Positions 36,972-47,079 of a stretch of DNA of 64,000 bases are shown piece by piece (within the stretch, counting starts at the first letter, position 1; the number at the start of each line of letters is the position of its first letter). A program made the translations under genes and the position numbers. The notes beneath the pieces were generated by a model. It was not told where the DNA came from. It searched no databases and saw only the letters and a program-made list of their open reading frames with translations. The stretch comes from Candidatus Aenigmatarchaeota archaeon (GTDB lineage Archaea > Aenigmatarchaeota > Aenigmatarchaeia > GW2011-AR5): the NCBI GenBank assembly GCA_016187335.1, contig JACPJW010000001.1, forward strand, positions 64,001-128,000. Reading direction: 5' to 3'.

Positions 36972-39134
36972 ATGCGCATAGAGGAAACAAATTTCCCGCC
37001 GCCAGTCCTTGACATCCTGAAAAAAGAGCTGAGCATTCTGAATCCGCCGCAGGCTGCAGCGCTGAACGCCGGCCTGCTGGAAAGGAAGAACATTGTCGTC
37101 GCTTCGCCAACGGCGTCAGGAAAGACGATGATAGCTGAGCTGGCAATATTGAAAAACTTTCTCGCAAGCCGCGGAAAAGCGGTGTATATCGTGCCGCTGA
37201 AAGCACTGGCTTCGGAGAAGTACAGGGAGTTTGTCGGGAAATACAAGAAAATCGGCATGAAGATAGCGATATCCATAGGCGACCTGGACGGCAACGACAC
37301 GTGGCTTGAAAATTATGACCTGATTATTGCAAGCAACGAGAAGATGGACTCGCTGCTCAGGCACGAGGCGAAGTGGGTTAGCAACGTCAGCCTAGTTGTA
37401 TGCGACGAAGTCCACATGCTCAACGACGTATCGCGCGGCCCGACGCTAGAAATTGTCCTGACGCGGATGCGCGACATGTGCGACGCGCAATTCCTTGCCT
37501 TGTCCGCGACGATAAAGAACGCCGAGGAAATCGCCGAATGGATGAAAGCCAATCTCGTGAAAAGCGATTACCGCCCGGTGAAGCTTTACTACGGCGTCGC
37601 TTATCCTGATAAGGAAAAAATGGTTCTGGAATACGAAGGCAAGGGCGATTTCGTGCTCAGCGAAAGCGAGCCAGAAACGGCGCTGAGCAGGGACGTTGTT
37701 GCGCGCGGCAAGCAGGCGCTGTTCTTTGTTTCAACGCGCAGGAGCGCCGAGGCGGCGGCAGAAAGAATCGCAGAAGCCATTCACAAACATCTGGGCGATG
37801 AGGAAAAAGCGCAGCTGAAAAAAATATCCGACGAAGCCCTGCACGCCCTTCCCGGGCCGACAAAGCAGTGCAGGCGCCTGTCGGCATGCTTAGCAAAAGG
37901 CGCGGCGTTCCATCACGCCGGCCTTGTCGCAGCGCAGCGCACGATAATAGAGGACAATTTCCGCAGCGGCATTATAAAAATCCTGGCTGCAACGCCCACG
38001 CTTGCGTTCGGCATAAACCTGCCCGCGTGGCGCGTATACATACGTGATGTTAAGCGCTTCAGCGGTTATGGCTCTGATTACCTGCCGGTCCTTGAGGTGC
38101 AGCAGATGTGCGGAAGAGCCGGACGCCCTAAGTATGATACAGAAGGAGAAGCCATACTTGTCGCAAAGAACAGCTACGAGAAAAATGAACTGAAAGAGCG
38201 CTATGTTTACGGCGAGCCTGAGCCTATTTATTCAAAGCTTTCCGTGGAGCCCGTCCTGCGCATGCATGTTCTGGCTCTTGTCGCAAGCAAGGCGACGAAA
38301 AGCAAGTATGAACTCAGCGAATTCTTTGAAAAGACATTCTTTTCTCACCAGTACAAGGACGTAGACGAGGTGATGAAAAGGGTTGAGAAAGTCATCGCCG
38401 AGCTTGCCAGCTACGGCTTCGTGGAAACAGAAAAAGAGCCTTTCATGCTGCCGGATTTTGTCCCGGCTTTCGCGCTTGATAAAGATTATAAAGTTCAGGC
38501 AACCCGCACTGGCAGGCGTGTCAGCGAACTGTACGTAGACCCCGCATCGGCTTTCCACATTATAAGCAATTTAAAGCCAAGAACGGATTTTGAATTTCTT
38601 TCTGTTATCAACAAGTGCATGGAAATGCGGCCGATGCTGCGCGTGAAGAAAAATGAATACGAAGATCTGGAAAAAGAAATAGAGCGCTTCGGCATAACCA
38701 CGCCGGACGTATGGGACGTCGATTACGAGGAATTCGCTGCCTTGTTCAAGACTTCATTGATGTTCAACGAATGGATGAACGAGGCGTCGGAAGAGCAGAT
38801 GATGGAAAAATTCGGCATAGCGCCCGGCGAGCTCCATGTAAAGATAAACAACGCCGAATGGCTTCTCTACGCAGGGCGCGAGCTTGCTCTTGTCCTGGGC
38901 AGAAGAAGCATCGCCAACAGGATGAACCGGCTCCGCTTAAGGATAAAGCATGGCGTGAAGGAAGAGCTGCTCCGGCTGGTAAAGCTGCGCGGGGTCGGCC
39001 GCGTGAGGGCTCGCATGCTTTTCAGGAACGGCATAAAGAGCGCAGCTGACATCAAGAACAACTTTGAAAAGGCTGAGAATCTGCTGGGCAAAGGGGTTGC
39101 AAGGCAGATAATGGAAGAGGTAAAATCGCAATAA
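36972..39134 (+). CDS. hel308: Ski2-like DNA helicase Hel308/Hjm
   Basis: PTASGKT, DEVH, LSAT, HHAGL, QMCGRAGRP, C-terminal HhH. Confidence 0.92.
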   Translation: MRIEETNFPPPVLDILKKELSILNPPQAAALNAGLLERKNIVVASPTASGKTMIAELAILKNFLASRGKAVYIVPLKALASEKYREFVGKYKKIGMKIAISIGDLDGNDTWLENYDLIIASNEKMDSLLRHEAKWVSNVSLVVCDEVHMLNDVSRGPTLEIVLTRMRDMCDAQFLALSATIKNAEEIAEWMKANLVKSDYRPVKLYYGVAYPDKEKMVLEYEGKGDFVLSESEPETALSRDVVARGKQALFFVSTRRSAEAAAERIAEAIHKHLGDEEKAQLKKISDEALHALPGPTKQCRRLSACLAKGAAFHHAGLVAAQRTIIEDNFRSGIIKILAATPTLAFGINLPAWRVYIRDVKRFSGYGSDYLPVLEVQQMCGRAGRPKYDTEGEAILVAKNSYEKNELKERYVYGEPEPIYSKLSVEPVLRMHVLALVASKATKSKYELSEFFEKTFFSHQYKDVDEVMKRVEKVIAELASYGFVETEKEPFMLPDFVPAFALDKDYKVQATRTGRRVSELYVDPASAFHIISNLKPRTDFEFLSVINKCMEMRPMLRVKKNEYEDLEKEIERFGITTPDVWDVDYEEFAALFKTSLMFNEWMNEASEEQMMEKFGIAPGELHVKINNAEWLLYAGRELALVLGRRSIANRMNRLRLRIKHGVKEELLRLVKLRGVGRVRARMLFRNGIKSAADIKNNFEKAENLLGKGVARQIMEEVKSQ

Positions 39135-39232
39135 AAATTATGATAAAATATTTTATTAACTGACATCAATTCAGACCCGCTTTATTTTAGCATTCAGAAA
39201 CCCGGGAAACATCGTTCTGAATATGACAAATT

Positions 39233-40084
39233 TTACAAGAAAACCTTCGCCAGCGTCAGCAGGACGCCAGCTCCGAAAAGCATTGCGGAACCTAAAATTA
39301 CCTTCATCCTGATTTTCTTGTCCTTGATTTCCTTGAAGTAGAAAAGCCCCCAAAGAACGCCGACGAGCAGGGCAAGCTGCGTGAGCGGCGCGCCGATTGC
39401 AAGCCCCAGATAAGTTATTGCGTAGAGCGAGCTTAGCATAGCAACAGACCACATAAATCCGGAAATCATGCCCGGCTTCACCTGGTTTTTGACAACTTTT
39501 CTTACCTTCACCAGAAACAGGATTGACGATGCTGCAATTATGCCGGCGGCCATCGGAAACAGGAATTCGTTTATGCCTAAGTTGCTCAGCTTGAAAAGAA
39601 AGGCCGGTGCGCCGAAAAACAGTCCTGCAAAGAAGGCTGCGGCAAGCCCTTTATTGTCCGCATTTATTTTCTCTTTGCCCTGCGACACAAGCACAAGGCC
39701 GGCCAGAAATACAAGCACGCCAAAAGCGCCGAGCGCAATATTAAGCGGCTCCACGAAGAAAAATGTCCCTGAAAGGAACGTGATAATCAGCGGCATTCCT
39801 AACGGAATAGCCGTGCCCTTTGCGATGCCTATTCTTTCTATCGACACGATATGAAGCACGTTCCCGATATTCCACAAGATTCCTGCAAGAATGCCGAAAT
39901 AATTCAAGGCAAAAGGAAACCCCAGCATGAATGTCAGCGCGACGCTTGTTCCTAAAATTCCCAGCGCCATGAACATGTTGTAGTGCAGCATGTTCGGATT
40001 TTTCATCCGCTTTAAGGGCACGAACTGCGAGCCCCAGAATAAAGCAGAAACAGAAGCCGCCGCCACGCCAAGAAGCAGGGACAT
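39233..40084 (-). CDS. GRP/sugar-transport family (DMT superfamily) membrane protein
   Basis: ALFWGSQFVP, GILWNIGN, GVLWGLFYFKE; about 10 TM helices. Confidence 0.8.
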   Translation of the reverse strand: MSLLLGVAAASVSALFWGSQFVPLKRMKNPNMLHYNMFMALGILGTSVALTFMLGFPFALNYFGILAGILWNIGNVLHIVSIERIGIAKGTAIPLGMPLIITFLSGTFFFVEPLNIALGAFGVLVFLAGLVLVSQGKEKINADNKGLAAAFFAGLFFGAPAFLFKLSNLGINEFLFPMAAGIIAASSILFLVKVRKVVKNQVKPGMISGFMWSVAMLSSLYAITYLGLAIGAPLTQLALLVGVLWGLFYFKEIKDKKIRMKVILGSAMLFGAGVLLTLAKVFL

Positions 40085-40138
40085 AAGATTACATGCGCCG
40101 TCAGATTAAAAAGCTTGCCCACTATGTTCATTTGATTC

Positions 40139-40322
40139 GGGCCTGTAGTCTAGCTTGGTAGGATTCGGGCTTCGGGCAAACTTTTCCAAAAGTTTGATCA
40201 AAAGGATGAGCTTCTAAGAGCTCAAGGAAAAGTTTAGAACCAGTCCGTGGCGGGAGTTCAAATTGAACTTTTCCGAAAAGTTCAATCAAAAGGGAAAGTT
40301 CATGAAAATCTCCCCGGGCCCA
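40139..40322 (+). tRNA. tRNA-Pro(CGG) with two BHB introns: 37/38 (40177-40241) and 59/60 (40263-40308)
   Basis: Acceptor GGGCCTG/CGGGCCC, anticodon stem CGGGC/GTCCG, T arm GGGAG-TTCAAAT-CTCCC after splicing; CCA not encoded. Confidence 0.92.
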
Positions 40323-40444
40323 TTCAAACTTTGCTGCTCCAAAGTTTGATCAAACAAACTTCTTTGGAAAAGAAGTTTGATCAAGAAAATAATATGGTCT
40401 GGACAGAATCGCAAAGCGATTCTGGGCAGTGTGGTCAAAAGACA

Positions 40445-41191
40445 CTACAAAACCTTCCTCCCGAAAGTGATGAATCCGGTGTGCACAATCTGGGAGGGAC
40501 GGGGATGCGTGTAGTCGCTGACCTGCCAGTCGACCTGCTGCGTTGATATCGTTTTTATCTGCGCGAACTTGTTCTTTTCCAGCTCCTTCACAGCCCTTTT
40601 CTGCTGCTCGATGTGCGGTGAGTAGATGCAAAGCCATCCGCCGCTTTTCAGCGCTGTTTTGCATTTTTTCACCATCTTGTCCGCGTCAATCATGTCCAGC
40701 GTTATCATGTCCAGGTTTTTTTCCGTAAAGCGCTCCGCCGGCTTGTTTTTTATATTCACTGTGCCAGCAAGACCACAGAACTCTATGTTCCTTTTTGCGT
40801 TCTCGTAGAATTTCTTGTTCTTCTCGTAAGTTGTTACGGAGCCGCTGGGCTTTACGATATTGCCGAGGAATATTGACAGGAAAGCAGAGCCCGTGCCTGC
40901 ATCAAGGCAGTGCCAGCCGCTGCTTACGCCTGTGTGCGCAGCTATCTGGCCGGCGTCCTTGGGCATGATTATCTGCGGCATCCTCTTTGCCTTGCGAAGC
41001 AAATCCAGTATGGTGGGTTTTAGCACGACAAATTCGTGGCCGGTGTTGCTTTTCAGAACCTGGCCGTATTTCTTTATTTTCGTAAGGTCAAGAAGACCGT
41101 AATTCGTTGAAAACTTCTTCTGCGCAATGTCGGCGATGAAAGAACGCTCGCCCAAAAGAAGAATCTTGCCCGACGGTTTTTCTTTTTTCAT
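40445..41191 (-). CDS. trmI: tRNA (adenine-N1) methyltransferase Trm61/TrmI
   Basis: PQIIMPKD, LDAGTGSA, TTYE, LDM, YSPHIEQ, HTGFITFGRK. Confidence 0.9.
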   Translation of the reverse strand: MKKEKPSGKILLLGERSFIADIAQKKFSTNYGLLDLTKIKKYGQVLKSNTGHEFVVLKPTILDLLRKAKRMPQIIMPKDAGQIAAHTGVSSGWHCLDAGTGSAFLSIFLGNIVKPSGSVTTYEKNKKFYENAKRNIEFCGLAGTVNIKNKPAERFTEKNLDMITLDMIDADKMVKKCKTALKSGGWLCIYSPHIEQQKRAVKELEKNKFAQIKTISTQQVDWQVSDYTHPRPSQIVHTGFITFGRKVL

Positions 41192-41421
41192 AAAAATCCC
41201 CTTAGCGCCATTACGATAAAAAGTATCGCGAGAACAGCGGAAATGACTATGGCAATTTTCACCAGCTGCGGGTCGTTGCCGAAGCCGAACGGGATGAAAC
41301 CAATCACCCCGCCCACGGCGACCTTTCCGTCGCTTTTTCCTGTTAACGTGCCTACGAAAACAAGAAGGAATCCTAAAAGGATCATTGCGATGCCGATGGA
41401 AACTATATTTATCTCTGCCAT
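41188..41421 (-). CDS. DUF131-like small membrane protein
   Basis: GGVIGFIPFGFG motif between TM helices. Confidence 0.7.
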   Translation of the reverse strand: MAEINIVSIGIAMILLGFLLVFVGTLTGKSDGKVAVGGVIGFIPFGFGNDPQLVKIAIVISAVLAILFIVMALRGFL

Positions 41422-41453
41422 GATTCTTCTATTTGCTGATAAGATTTTAAACC

Positions 41454-41915
41454 ATGCAGGCAATTTTTATCATGCCTTTAAGGAAAAACGGCTGCATTGA
41501 AGGCGTCACCTTTGCTTTTGTAAGGAAAGGGAAAATACTGGCTGAAATAAGAAACAGGAGAAACCGTTCAGAAATCATGATACCTTCAGGAATAATAGAA
41601 AAATCTGATGCAAAGAATGGCGACTACAGGATAGCTGCGCTGAAAAGGGAAATCAGGGAAGAAATGAATGTTGATGCAGAGGAATTCGTTTATCTTGGAA
41701 AATGCAGGCTGAGGACACGCCCTCTGGTCATGCATGTCTTTCTTATTAAAAAATGGAAGGGAGAAATACCAAGCCATACAGTGGAAAACGGAAAAAAAGA
41801 TTCAAGGCTGGTTTGGTTCCCGCTTGACGAGAGGTATTTCGTAAGGTACGGCTCGAATTTCACCTGCAGGAAAGTCCTTGAATACCTGAAAGCTGGATCG
41901 TCATCAAAGAAATAA
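41454..41915 (+). CDS. Nudix hydrolase-like protein
   Basis: IPSGIIE.......AALKREIREEM Nudix box. Confidence 0.75.
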   Translation: MQAIFIMPLRKNGCIEGVTFAFVRKGKILAEIRNRRNRSEIMIPSGIIEKSDAKNGDYRIAALKREIREEMNVDAEEFVYLGKCRLRTRPLVMHVFLIKKWKGEIPSHTVENGKKDSRLVWFPLDERYFVRYGSNFTCRKVLEYLKAGSSSKK

Positions 41916-41936
41916 TTTCGCCTGATTTCTTTGCTT

Positions 41937-42647
41937 TTATTTCCCGAACCTTCGTTTTCGCTGGGCGTATTCTTCCAGGCTTGCTGTAAAATCTTCTTTC
42001 GTTATTTCAGGCCATTTCTTGTCCAGGAAAATTAATTCCGAGTAAGCTGACTGGAAAGGAAGGAAGTTGCTTAACCGCTTCTCTCCGCCTGTGCGGATGA
42101 TCAAGTCGGGAAAAGGGTGGCCGTTGGTGTATAAATGCTGCTTTATTATTTCTTCGCTCAGTTCCGCCGGCTTTATTATTCCTTTCATGCCTTTCTTCAG
42201 TATTTCCCGCAGGGCGTCCACAAGCTCCTGCTGGCCGCCGTAGGCAACGGCTATGTTCAGGCAGTGCTTCTTGTATTTCTTCGTTTTCTTTTCCACTTCC
42301 TTTATCTTGTGCTGCAGCCATAGCGGAAGCAGCTGCGTCCGTCCGATGAAGCGCACGTTTATTTTTCTTCTGTTCACGACGTGATCCCTGTTTTTCATGA
42401 TGTTGTCAGCCTCGCTGCCTATGTAATGGAGAATCAGTTGCAATTCCCTTTTCGGCCTTTTCTTTAGATTTTCCAGGGAAAGCGTGTAAGCCGTCAGGTA
42501 TTTTATTTTTGAATCGCATGCCCATTCCAGAACCTCCCTGGATTTCTCAAGGCCGTATTTATGGCCTTCCCACGGCGTTTTCATCAGCTGCTTGGCAAAG
42601 CGCCTGTTGCCGTCAAGGATTATTCCGACATGGAGGGGTGCTTTCAT
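41937..42647 (-). CDS. uppS: cis-Isoprenyl (undecaprenyl-type) diphosphate synthase
   Basis: HVGIILDGNRR, SLENLKKR, YGGQQE, DLIIRTGGEKRLSNFL, RRFG. Confidence 0.95.
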   Translation of the reverse strand: MKAPLHVGIILDGNRRFAKQLMKTPWEGHKYGLEKSREVLEWACDSKIKYLTAYTLSLENLKKRPKRELQLILHYIGSEADNIMKNRDHVVNRRKINVRFIGRTQLLPLWLQHKIKEVEKKTKKYKKHCLNIAVAYGGQQELVDALREILKKGMKGIIKPAELSEEIIKQHLYTNGHPFPDLIIRTGGEKRLSNFLPFQSAYSELIFLDKKWPEITKEDFTASLEEYAQRKRRFGK

Positions 42648-42756
42648 GAGAAATCACACTGTTTTGGACATCTTATATTTGTTTTGGGCGGTTCCTGCAA
42701 ATAATTTTAGTTACGATACATTTTAAAAGCAAGGTTTTTAAGTGTTAAGCGATTGC

Positions 42757-43545
42757 ATGCCTGAAATCATCGTCTTTCTCGCTGTTCTCGGCTCAGCTGC
42801 AGCAGGATTGTGGGACCTGAAAACCACGGAAGTGCCTGATGAGATACCGGCGCTGATGATCGTCGCGGGAATTTTATATTGGTTCGTGAGCGGCGTGAGC
42901 ACAGGCGATGCGCAGCCTTTTCTTGTTTCTGTTGTTTCATCCGCTTTTATAGGGGCGGCGGGTTATGCCCTGTACAAGGCGGGAAAATGGGGGGGTGCCG
43001 ACGCCTTCATTTTTTCAGCCATAGCAGCAATGGTGCCTGTCTACAACGGCCGCTTGTTCATCTTAGACTACGCGATGAATTTCATAATCGTGAGCGGCGC
43101 ATACCTTCTTCTTTACACGGCGGCGATCGGCGTGATGAACCCTTCTGTCTTTTCTTATTTCAGGAAAGACCTGAAGAAAACGTGGCTTTACGTTCTGGCT
43201 GTTCCCGCCGTATATTTCCCGGCAATATACCTCGCAGGCGCCGTGAATTCCTTGACAATATTCTACGGCGCATTGCTGGCGTTCCTCGTGTTCTTCTGGC
43301 GCTACGCTTTCGTCATTGAGGAGAAAATATTCAAGAAAAAGATTGCTGTCTCAAGGCTGAAGCCGGGCGATGTCCTGGAAAAAATGGTATGGCGCGGCCT
43401 GACAGCCGAGGAAATAAAGGAGATAAAGAGGAAGGAGAAGTACGTCACCGTCAAAGAAGGCGTGCGTTTTGTTCCAGCCTTTGCGATAAACCTGGTAATC
43501 ACCCTTCTGTACGGAAATATCCTGCTCATGGTTTTCGGGCTTTAG
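42757..43545 (+). CDS. Prepilin/preflagellin peptidase (A24, PibD/FlaK-like)
   Basis: DLKTTEVPD and WGGADA aspartates; C-terminal GVRFVPAF. Confidence 0.85.
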   Translation: MPEIIVFLAVLGSAAAGLWDLKTTEVPDEIPALMIVAGILYWFVSGVSTGDAQPFLVSVVSSAFIGAAGYALYKAGKWGGADAFIFSAIAAMVPVYNGRLFILDYAMNFIIVSGAYLLLYTAAIGVMNPSVFSYFRKDLKKTWLYVLAVPAVYFPAIYLAGAVNSLTIFYGALLAFLVFFWRYAFVIEEKIFKKKIAVSRLKPGDVLEKMVWRGLTAEEIKEIKRKEKYVTVKEGVRFVPAFAINLVITLLYGNILLMVFGL

Positions 43546-43599
43546 GAACGCGCGGTAACAGAAACGCTTTCATACTTGACAGGACATAAGTGATTTGAG

Positions 43600-44625
43600 A
43601 TGATAATCAGTTTCCCGAAGAATGTCATGGTTGAAAAATCCGTGAAAGGGAAGGCAGCCGGGATGCTTTCACAGATGCGTCTGGGCGACAGCTGCGCTAT
43701 TTTATGCGATCCCGACGTGCAGAAGATTATAGGCAATGACGTAAGAAAAGATCTCTCTTCTTCTTTCACCGCGGACATCATCAGCCCGGAATCGCTGGAA
43801 AAAAAACATCTGGAGAAGCTGGCGAAGCAACTGGGAGACTACGATTTCCTGATAGGCATGGGCGGCGGGCGCGCCATGGACATAACAAAATATTCTGCGC
43901 ATCTCGCCGATACCGAGTGGGTCGCTTTCCCGACGATACTGAGCCAGGATGGCATCGTTTCATCCAACGCTGTGATCAGCGATGGCGGCCGCAAAACCTC
44001 GGTATGGTGCAAAGAACCCGCGGCGATCATTGCCGACATAAATACAATAAAGCGCGCGCCTTACAGGTTCATAGCGGCGGGCGCGGGGGACCTTCTTTCC
44101 AATATTTCTGCCGTCGAGGATTGGCGCATTGCCGGCGAAGCGGGCAAGGAAAATTACAATCCGGTTACAGCCAGGCTGTCGCTTCTTGCTGCTGAAGCGG
44201 TGATGGAAAACCCTGAAAAAATCAGAAATAAGGACGCCGGGGGGCTGGAAATTCTGTTCTGGTCGCTGATGCTGTCGGGCTTCTCCAAGAACATGCACGG
44301 TTCGTCGCGGCCGACATCAGGCAGCGAGCATTATTTTGCGCATGCATTGGAGCAGCTAGGCAGCAGGGCGCTGCACGGCGAGCAGGCTGCTTTGGGCGCA
44401 TTAGTATCCGTATTCCTGCAGAAAGGCGACTGGCTGAAAATCAAGGCAGTGATGGAAAAACTGGGCCTGCCGGCAACGGCGAAGGATGCAGGCATGGAAA
44501 GAGACATGGTCATAGAAGCGCTGATGCTCGCGCCGAAAATCCGCGACCGCTACACGGTTCTGGACAAGTATGATATCACGAGGAAGCAGGCTGAGAATAT
44601 TTTGCAGAAGGTCGGGATAATCTGA
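43600..44625 (+). CDS. egsA: Glycerol-1-phosphate dehydrogenase [NAD(P)+]
   Basis: GGGRAMDITK, PTILSQDG, AAGAGD, RPTSGSEHYFAHAL, LHGEQ. Confidence 0.9.
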   Translation: MIISFPKNVMVEKSVKGKAAGMLSQMRLGDSCAILCDPDVQKIIGNDVRKDLSSSFTADIISPESLEKKHLEKLAKQLGDYDFLIGMGGGRAMDITKYSAHLADTEWVAFPTILSQDGIVSSNAVISDGGRKTSVWCKEPAAIIADINTIKRAPYRFIAAGAGDLLSNISAVEDWRIAGEAGKENYNPVTARLSLLAAEAVMENPEKIRNKDAGGLEILFWSLMLSGFSKNMHGSSRPTSGSEHYFAHALEQLGSRALHGEQAALGALVSVFLQKGDWLKIKAVMEKLGLPATAKDAGMERDMVIEALMLAPKIRDRYTVLDKYDITRKQAENILQKVGII

Positions 44626-45191
44626 TGGAAGAAAAACATCTTATTTTTATTTCCGCATTGCTTGCCGAGGTTTCTATGGCTTTCTATGTGATTCTCATAT
44701 TCTCGTTTTTTGGCAACCTCGGCGGGATGGGCTTGCTTGAAAGCCTGCTGACAGGGTCTGTCCTTATGTTCATAATTCCCAACATTGCTGTTTACTATTT
44801 TTATAGGAGCATCGAACTGAGCAAAGTGAAAACCGAAGAAAGGTACAAGTTTTATCTGACTGTAATTGCCTGTTATCTAGCTGCTTTTCTTGTATTCAAT
44901 TATTTCAGCAACACTTTGCTGGCAAAGGTGGTGCTGTCGTATTTTCTGATATTCCTCATTTTATTTGTCATAAATTTCAGGTGGAGAATAAGCCTGCACG
45001 CCGCAGGTATAGGCGCAGCCTCGATGATTCTGTTTCTGAATAATTTCGTCATTCCTGCACTGATTTTCTTCGCACTAACGCCCTTTGTTTACTGGCTGAA
45101 AATGAGTCTTAGATCCCATGGAATTTACCAGATGCTTACAGGAAGCATCGTTTCGTTTATCGTCAGCTATGCTGTTTTCGTGCTTCTTTAA
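44625..45191 (+). CDS. Multi-pass membrane protein (PAP2-like C-terminal motifs)
   Basis: Six TM helices; RISLHAAG and RSHGIYQMLTG. Confidence 0.55.
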   Translation: MEEKHLIFISALLAEVSMAFYVILIFSFFGNLGGMGLLESLLTGSVLMFIIPNIAVYYFYRSIELSKVKTEERYKFYLTVIACYLAAFLVFNYFSNTLLAKVVLSYFLIFLILFVINFRWRISLHAAGIGAASMILFLNNFVIPALIFFALTPFVYWLKMSLRSHGIYQMLTGSIVSFIVSYAVFVLL

Positions 45192-45224
45192 AATAAATTT
45201 AGAATAAAGACAATTTTAATTCTC

Positions 45225-46007
45225 TTATTTCCCCAGCTTTCTTCTTCCTTCCTTTTTCACCGCCTGCACGAATTCTTCAAGAAGCTGGAGGGGGTTCTTT
45301 GTTCTTTCTGCAGCTGTTCCGATCTGGACCCAGTCAGCGCCTGCTTTGACAATCTCAGCAGCCTGCCTTGGCGTTCTTATGCCCCCTGCGACCAGGTAAG
45401 GAATATCTATTGCTCTTTTCACTGCTGAAACCATTTCCGTTGGCACAGGTTCGTAAGCGGCGGAGCCGGCATCGGTGAATATTATCCTGTGCCCGCTGAA
45501 CTGCGCTGCCAGCGCAAGCGCCGCAGCAATGTTCGGCTTGCTGCGCGGAACGAGGTTCGCGTCTCCGACCCATCCTACCGTGCCTCCGGGCTCGACAACT
45601 ATGTAACCGATTGGCAGCGGCTCTATCTGCAGCTGTTTTATCAGGGGCGCTGCCAGCGTTTGCGCATGCGAAATCCAGTAGGGGTTCCTTGAGTTGAGCA
45701 GTGACATGAAATAAATGGCGTCCGCGAACGGCGTTATGGTGCCGATATTTCCGGGAAAAAGGACAACTGGCACGCTTACCTTTTCCTTTATCGACTTCGT
45801 CACGGTGTCAAGCAGTTTTCCCTGCGCGCCTATGCTCCCGCCCACGGCGATTATGTCAACGCCAGCCTCGTGCGCAGCCATTGCTGTATCTACAGCCCTC
45901 GAGGGATTGGGATAATCCACCGGGTCGATGATTATGGATATTATCCCCCCGTCCTTTTCTATCTTCTCAAGAATGTATTTCTCAACTTTTCCCGCCAAAA
46001 TCGTCAC
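45225..46007 (-). CDS. Geranylgeranylglyceryl phosphate (GGGP) synthase
   Basis: IIDP, GGS, LFPG, SLLNSRNP, YIVVEPG, DAGS, GGGIR-like AGGIRT, IGT. Confidence 0.9.
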   Translation of the reverse strand: MTILAGKVEKYILEKIEKDGGIISIIIDPVDYPNPSRAVDTAMAAHEAGVDIIAVGGSIGAQGKLLDTVTKSIKEKVSVPVVLFPGNIGTITPFADAIYFMSLLNSRNPYWISHAQTLAAPLIKQLQIEPLPIGYIVVEPGGTVGWVGDANLVPRSKPNIAAALALAAQFSGHRIIFTDAGSAAYEPVPTEMVSAVKRAIDIPYLVAGGIRTPRQAAEIVKAGADWVQIGTAAERTKNPLQLLEEFVQAVKKEGRRKLGK

Positions 46008-46983
46008 CGTCCATCAGTCCTTTCTCTGCTATCTCAAAATCCGAATAACCTTGTTTAGCCATTTGAAGGTATTTAATCGTTTCTTTCAAAGCCGTCCTTG
46101 TGTCGTATTTCGGTTCAAATCCGATAAGCTTTGCGTTGTTCATTGAAATCCTTCTGTTTCTCGTCAGGCGCTCAATGCTCGACCTCATCATCGTCAAGCT
46201 CGGCCTTTTGCCCCTGACCCTGCACCAGCCTTCGTAAACAGAAGCAGCAAATTTCATCGCAATAACCGGCACGTGCTTTCCCGTCATTTTTGTTTTCATT
46301 TCCTCGCACATCATTGTGTAGACCTCCTTGTACGCAGGAACGTCCTTTGTTGCAACGTGAAATATCCTGCCCGCCGCCCTGCTGTTTCCTTTCACGGAAT
46401 TAAGCATGTCGGCGGCGTCCTTGATGTACGCGAGGTGAAATTTGTTCTCACCCGAGCCTATTATAGGGTATCTGTTTTTTGCCGCCTGGAATATCTTGTA
46501 CCATATGTAATTTGGCCCTATTATCACAGGCGCCCTGACAATTGTGCAAGGGACGCCGGAACCTGTTACAAGTTTTTCCGCTTCTGCCTTGGATTTTTCG
46601 TATAGCGTTTTCGGATTGTACCCGCCGTCTTCTTCAGCAATTACGGCGTCGCCGAGGGCGCCGCACGATCCCATGAATACCAGATGCTTCGTCCTGTGCT
46701 TTATGCAAAGATCAACGACATTGCGCGTGCCCTCAACGTTTATTTCGTACATCTCCGGGTTTGACTCGTCCAGCTCGGCGGCAAGGTGGTATACGACATC
46801 GCAGGGGAACGCCTTTTCCAGGGCTTTTTTGTCGCGCACGTCGCCCGTGACAAAAAGCACCTTGTCTATGAGCTCGTCTTCCATCTTGCGCGAGAAAACA
46901 GTTATTTCATGCCTTTCTCTGAGCAGCCTTACAAGCAGGTGCTTTCCTAGAAACCCTGTTCCGCCCACTACCAGAATGCGCAT
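45982..46983 (-). CDS. NAD-dependent epimerase/dehydratase
   Basis: GGTGFLG, YHLAA, NVEGT, YEKSK, IIGP. Confidence 0.88.
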   Translation of the reverse strand: MRILVVGGTGFLGKHLLVRLLRERHEITVFSRKMEDELIDKVLFVTGDVRDKKALEKAFPCDVVYHLAAELDESNPEMYEINVEGTRNVVDLCIKHRTKHLVFMGSCGALGDAVIAEEDGGYNPKTLYEKSKAEAEKLVTGSGVPCTIVRAPVIIGPNYIWYKIFQAAKNRYPIIGSGENKFHLAYIKDAADMLNSVKGNSRAAGRIFHVATKDVPAYKEVYTMMCEEMKTKMTGKHVPVIAMKFAASVYEGWCRVRGKRPSLTMMRSSIERLTRNRRISMNNAKLIGFEPKYDTRTALKETIKYLQMAKQGYSDFEIAEKGLMDGDDFGGKS

Positions 46984-47079
46984 ACCAAGAATAAAAACGC
47001 AATCAATAAAAAGAGAATCCGGTTTAAAAAGACTGTTTGTTGCCAAGACGGAGGCAGCGCCTGCGGAAGAACATATTAT

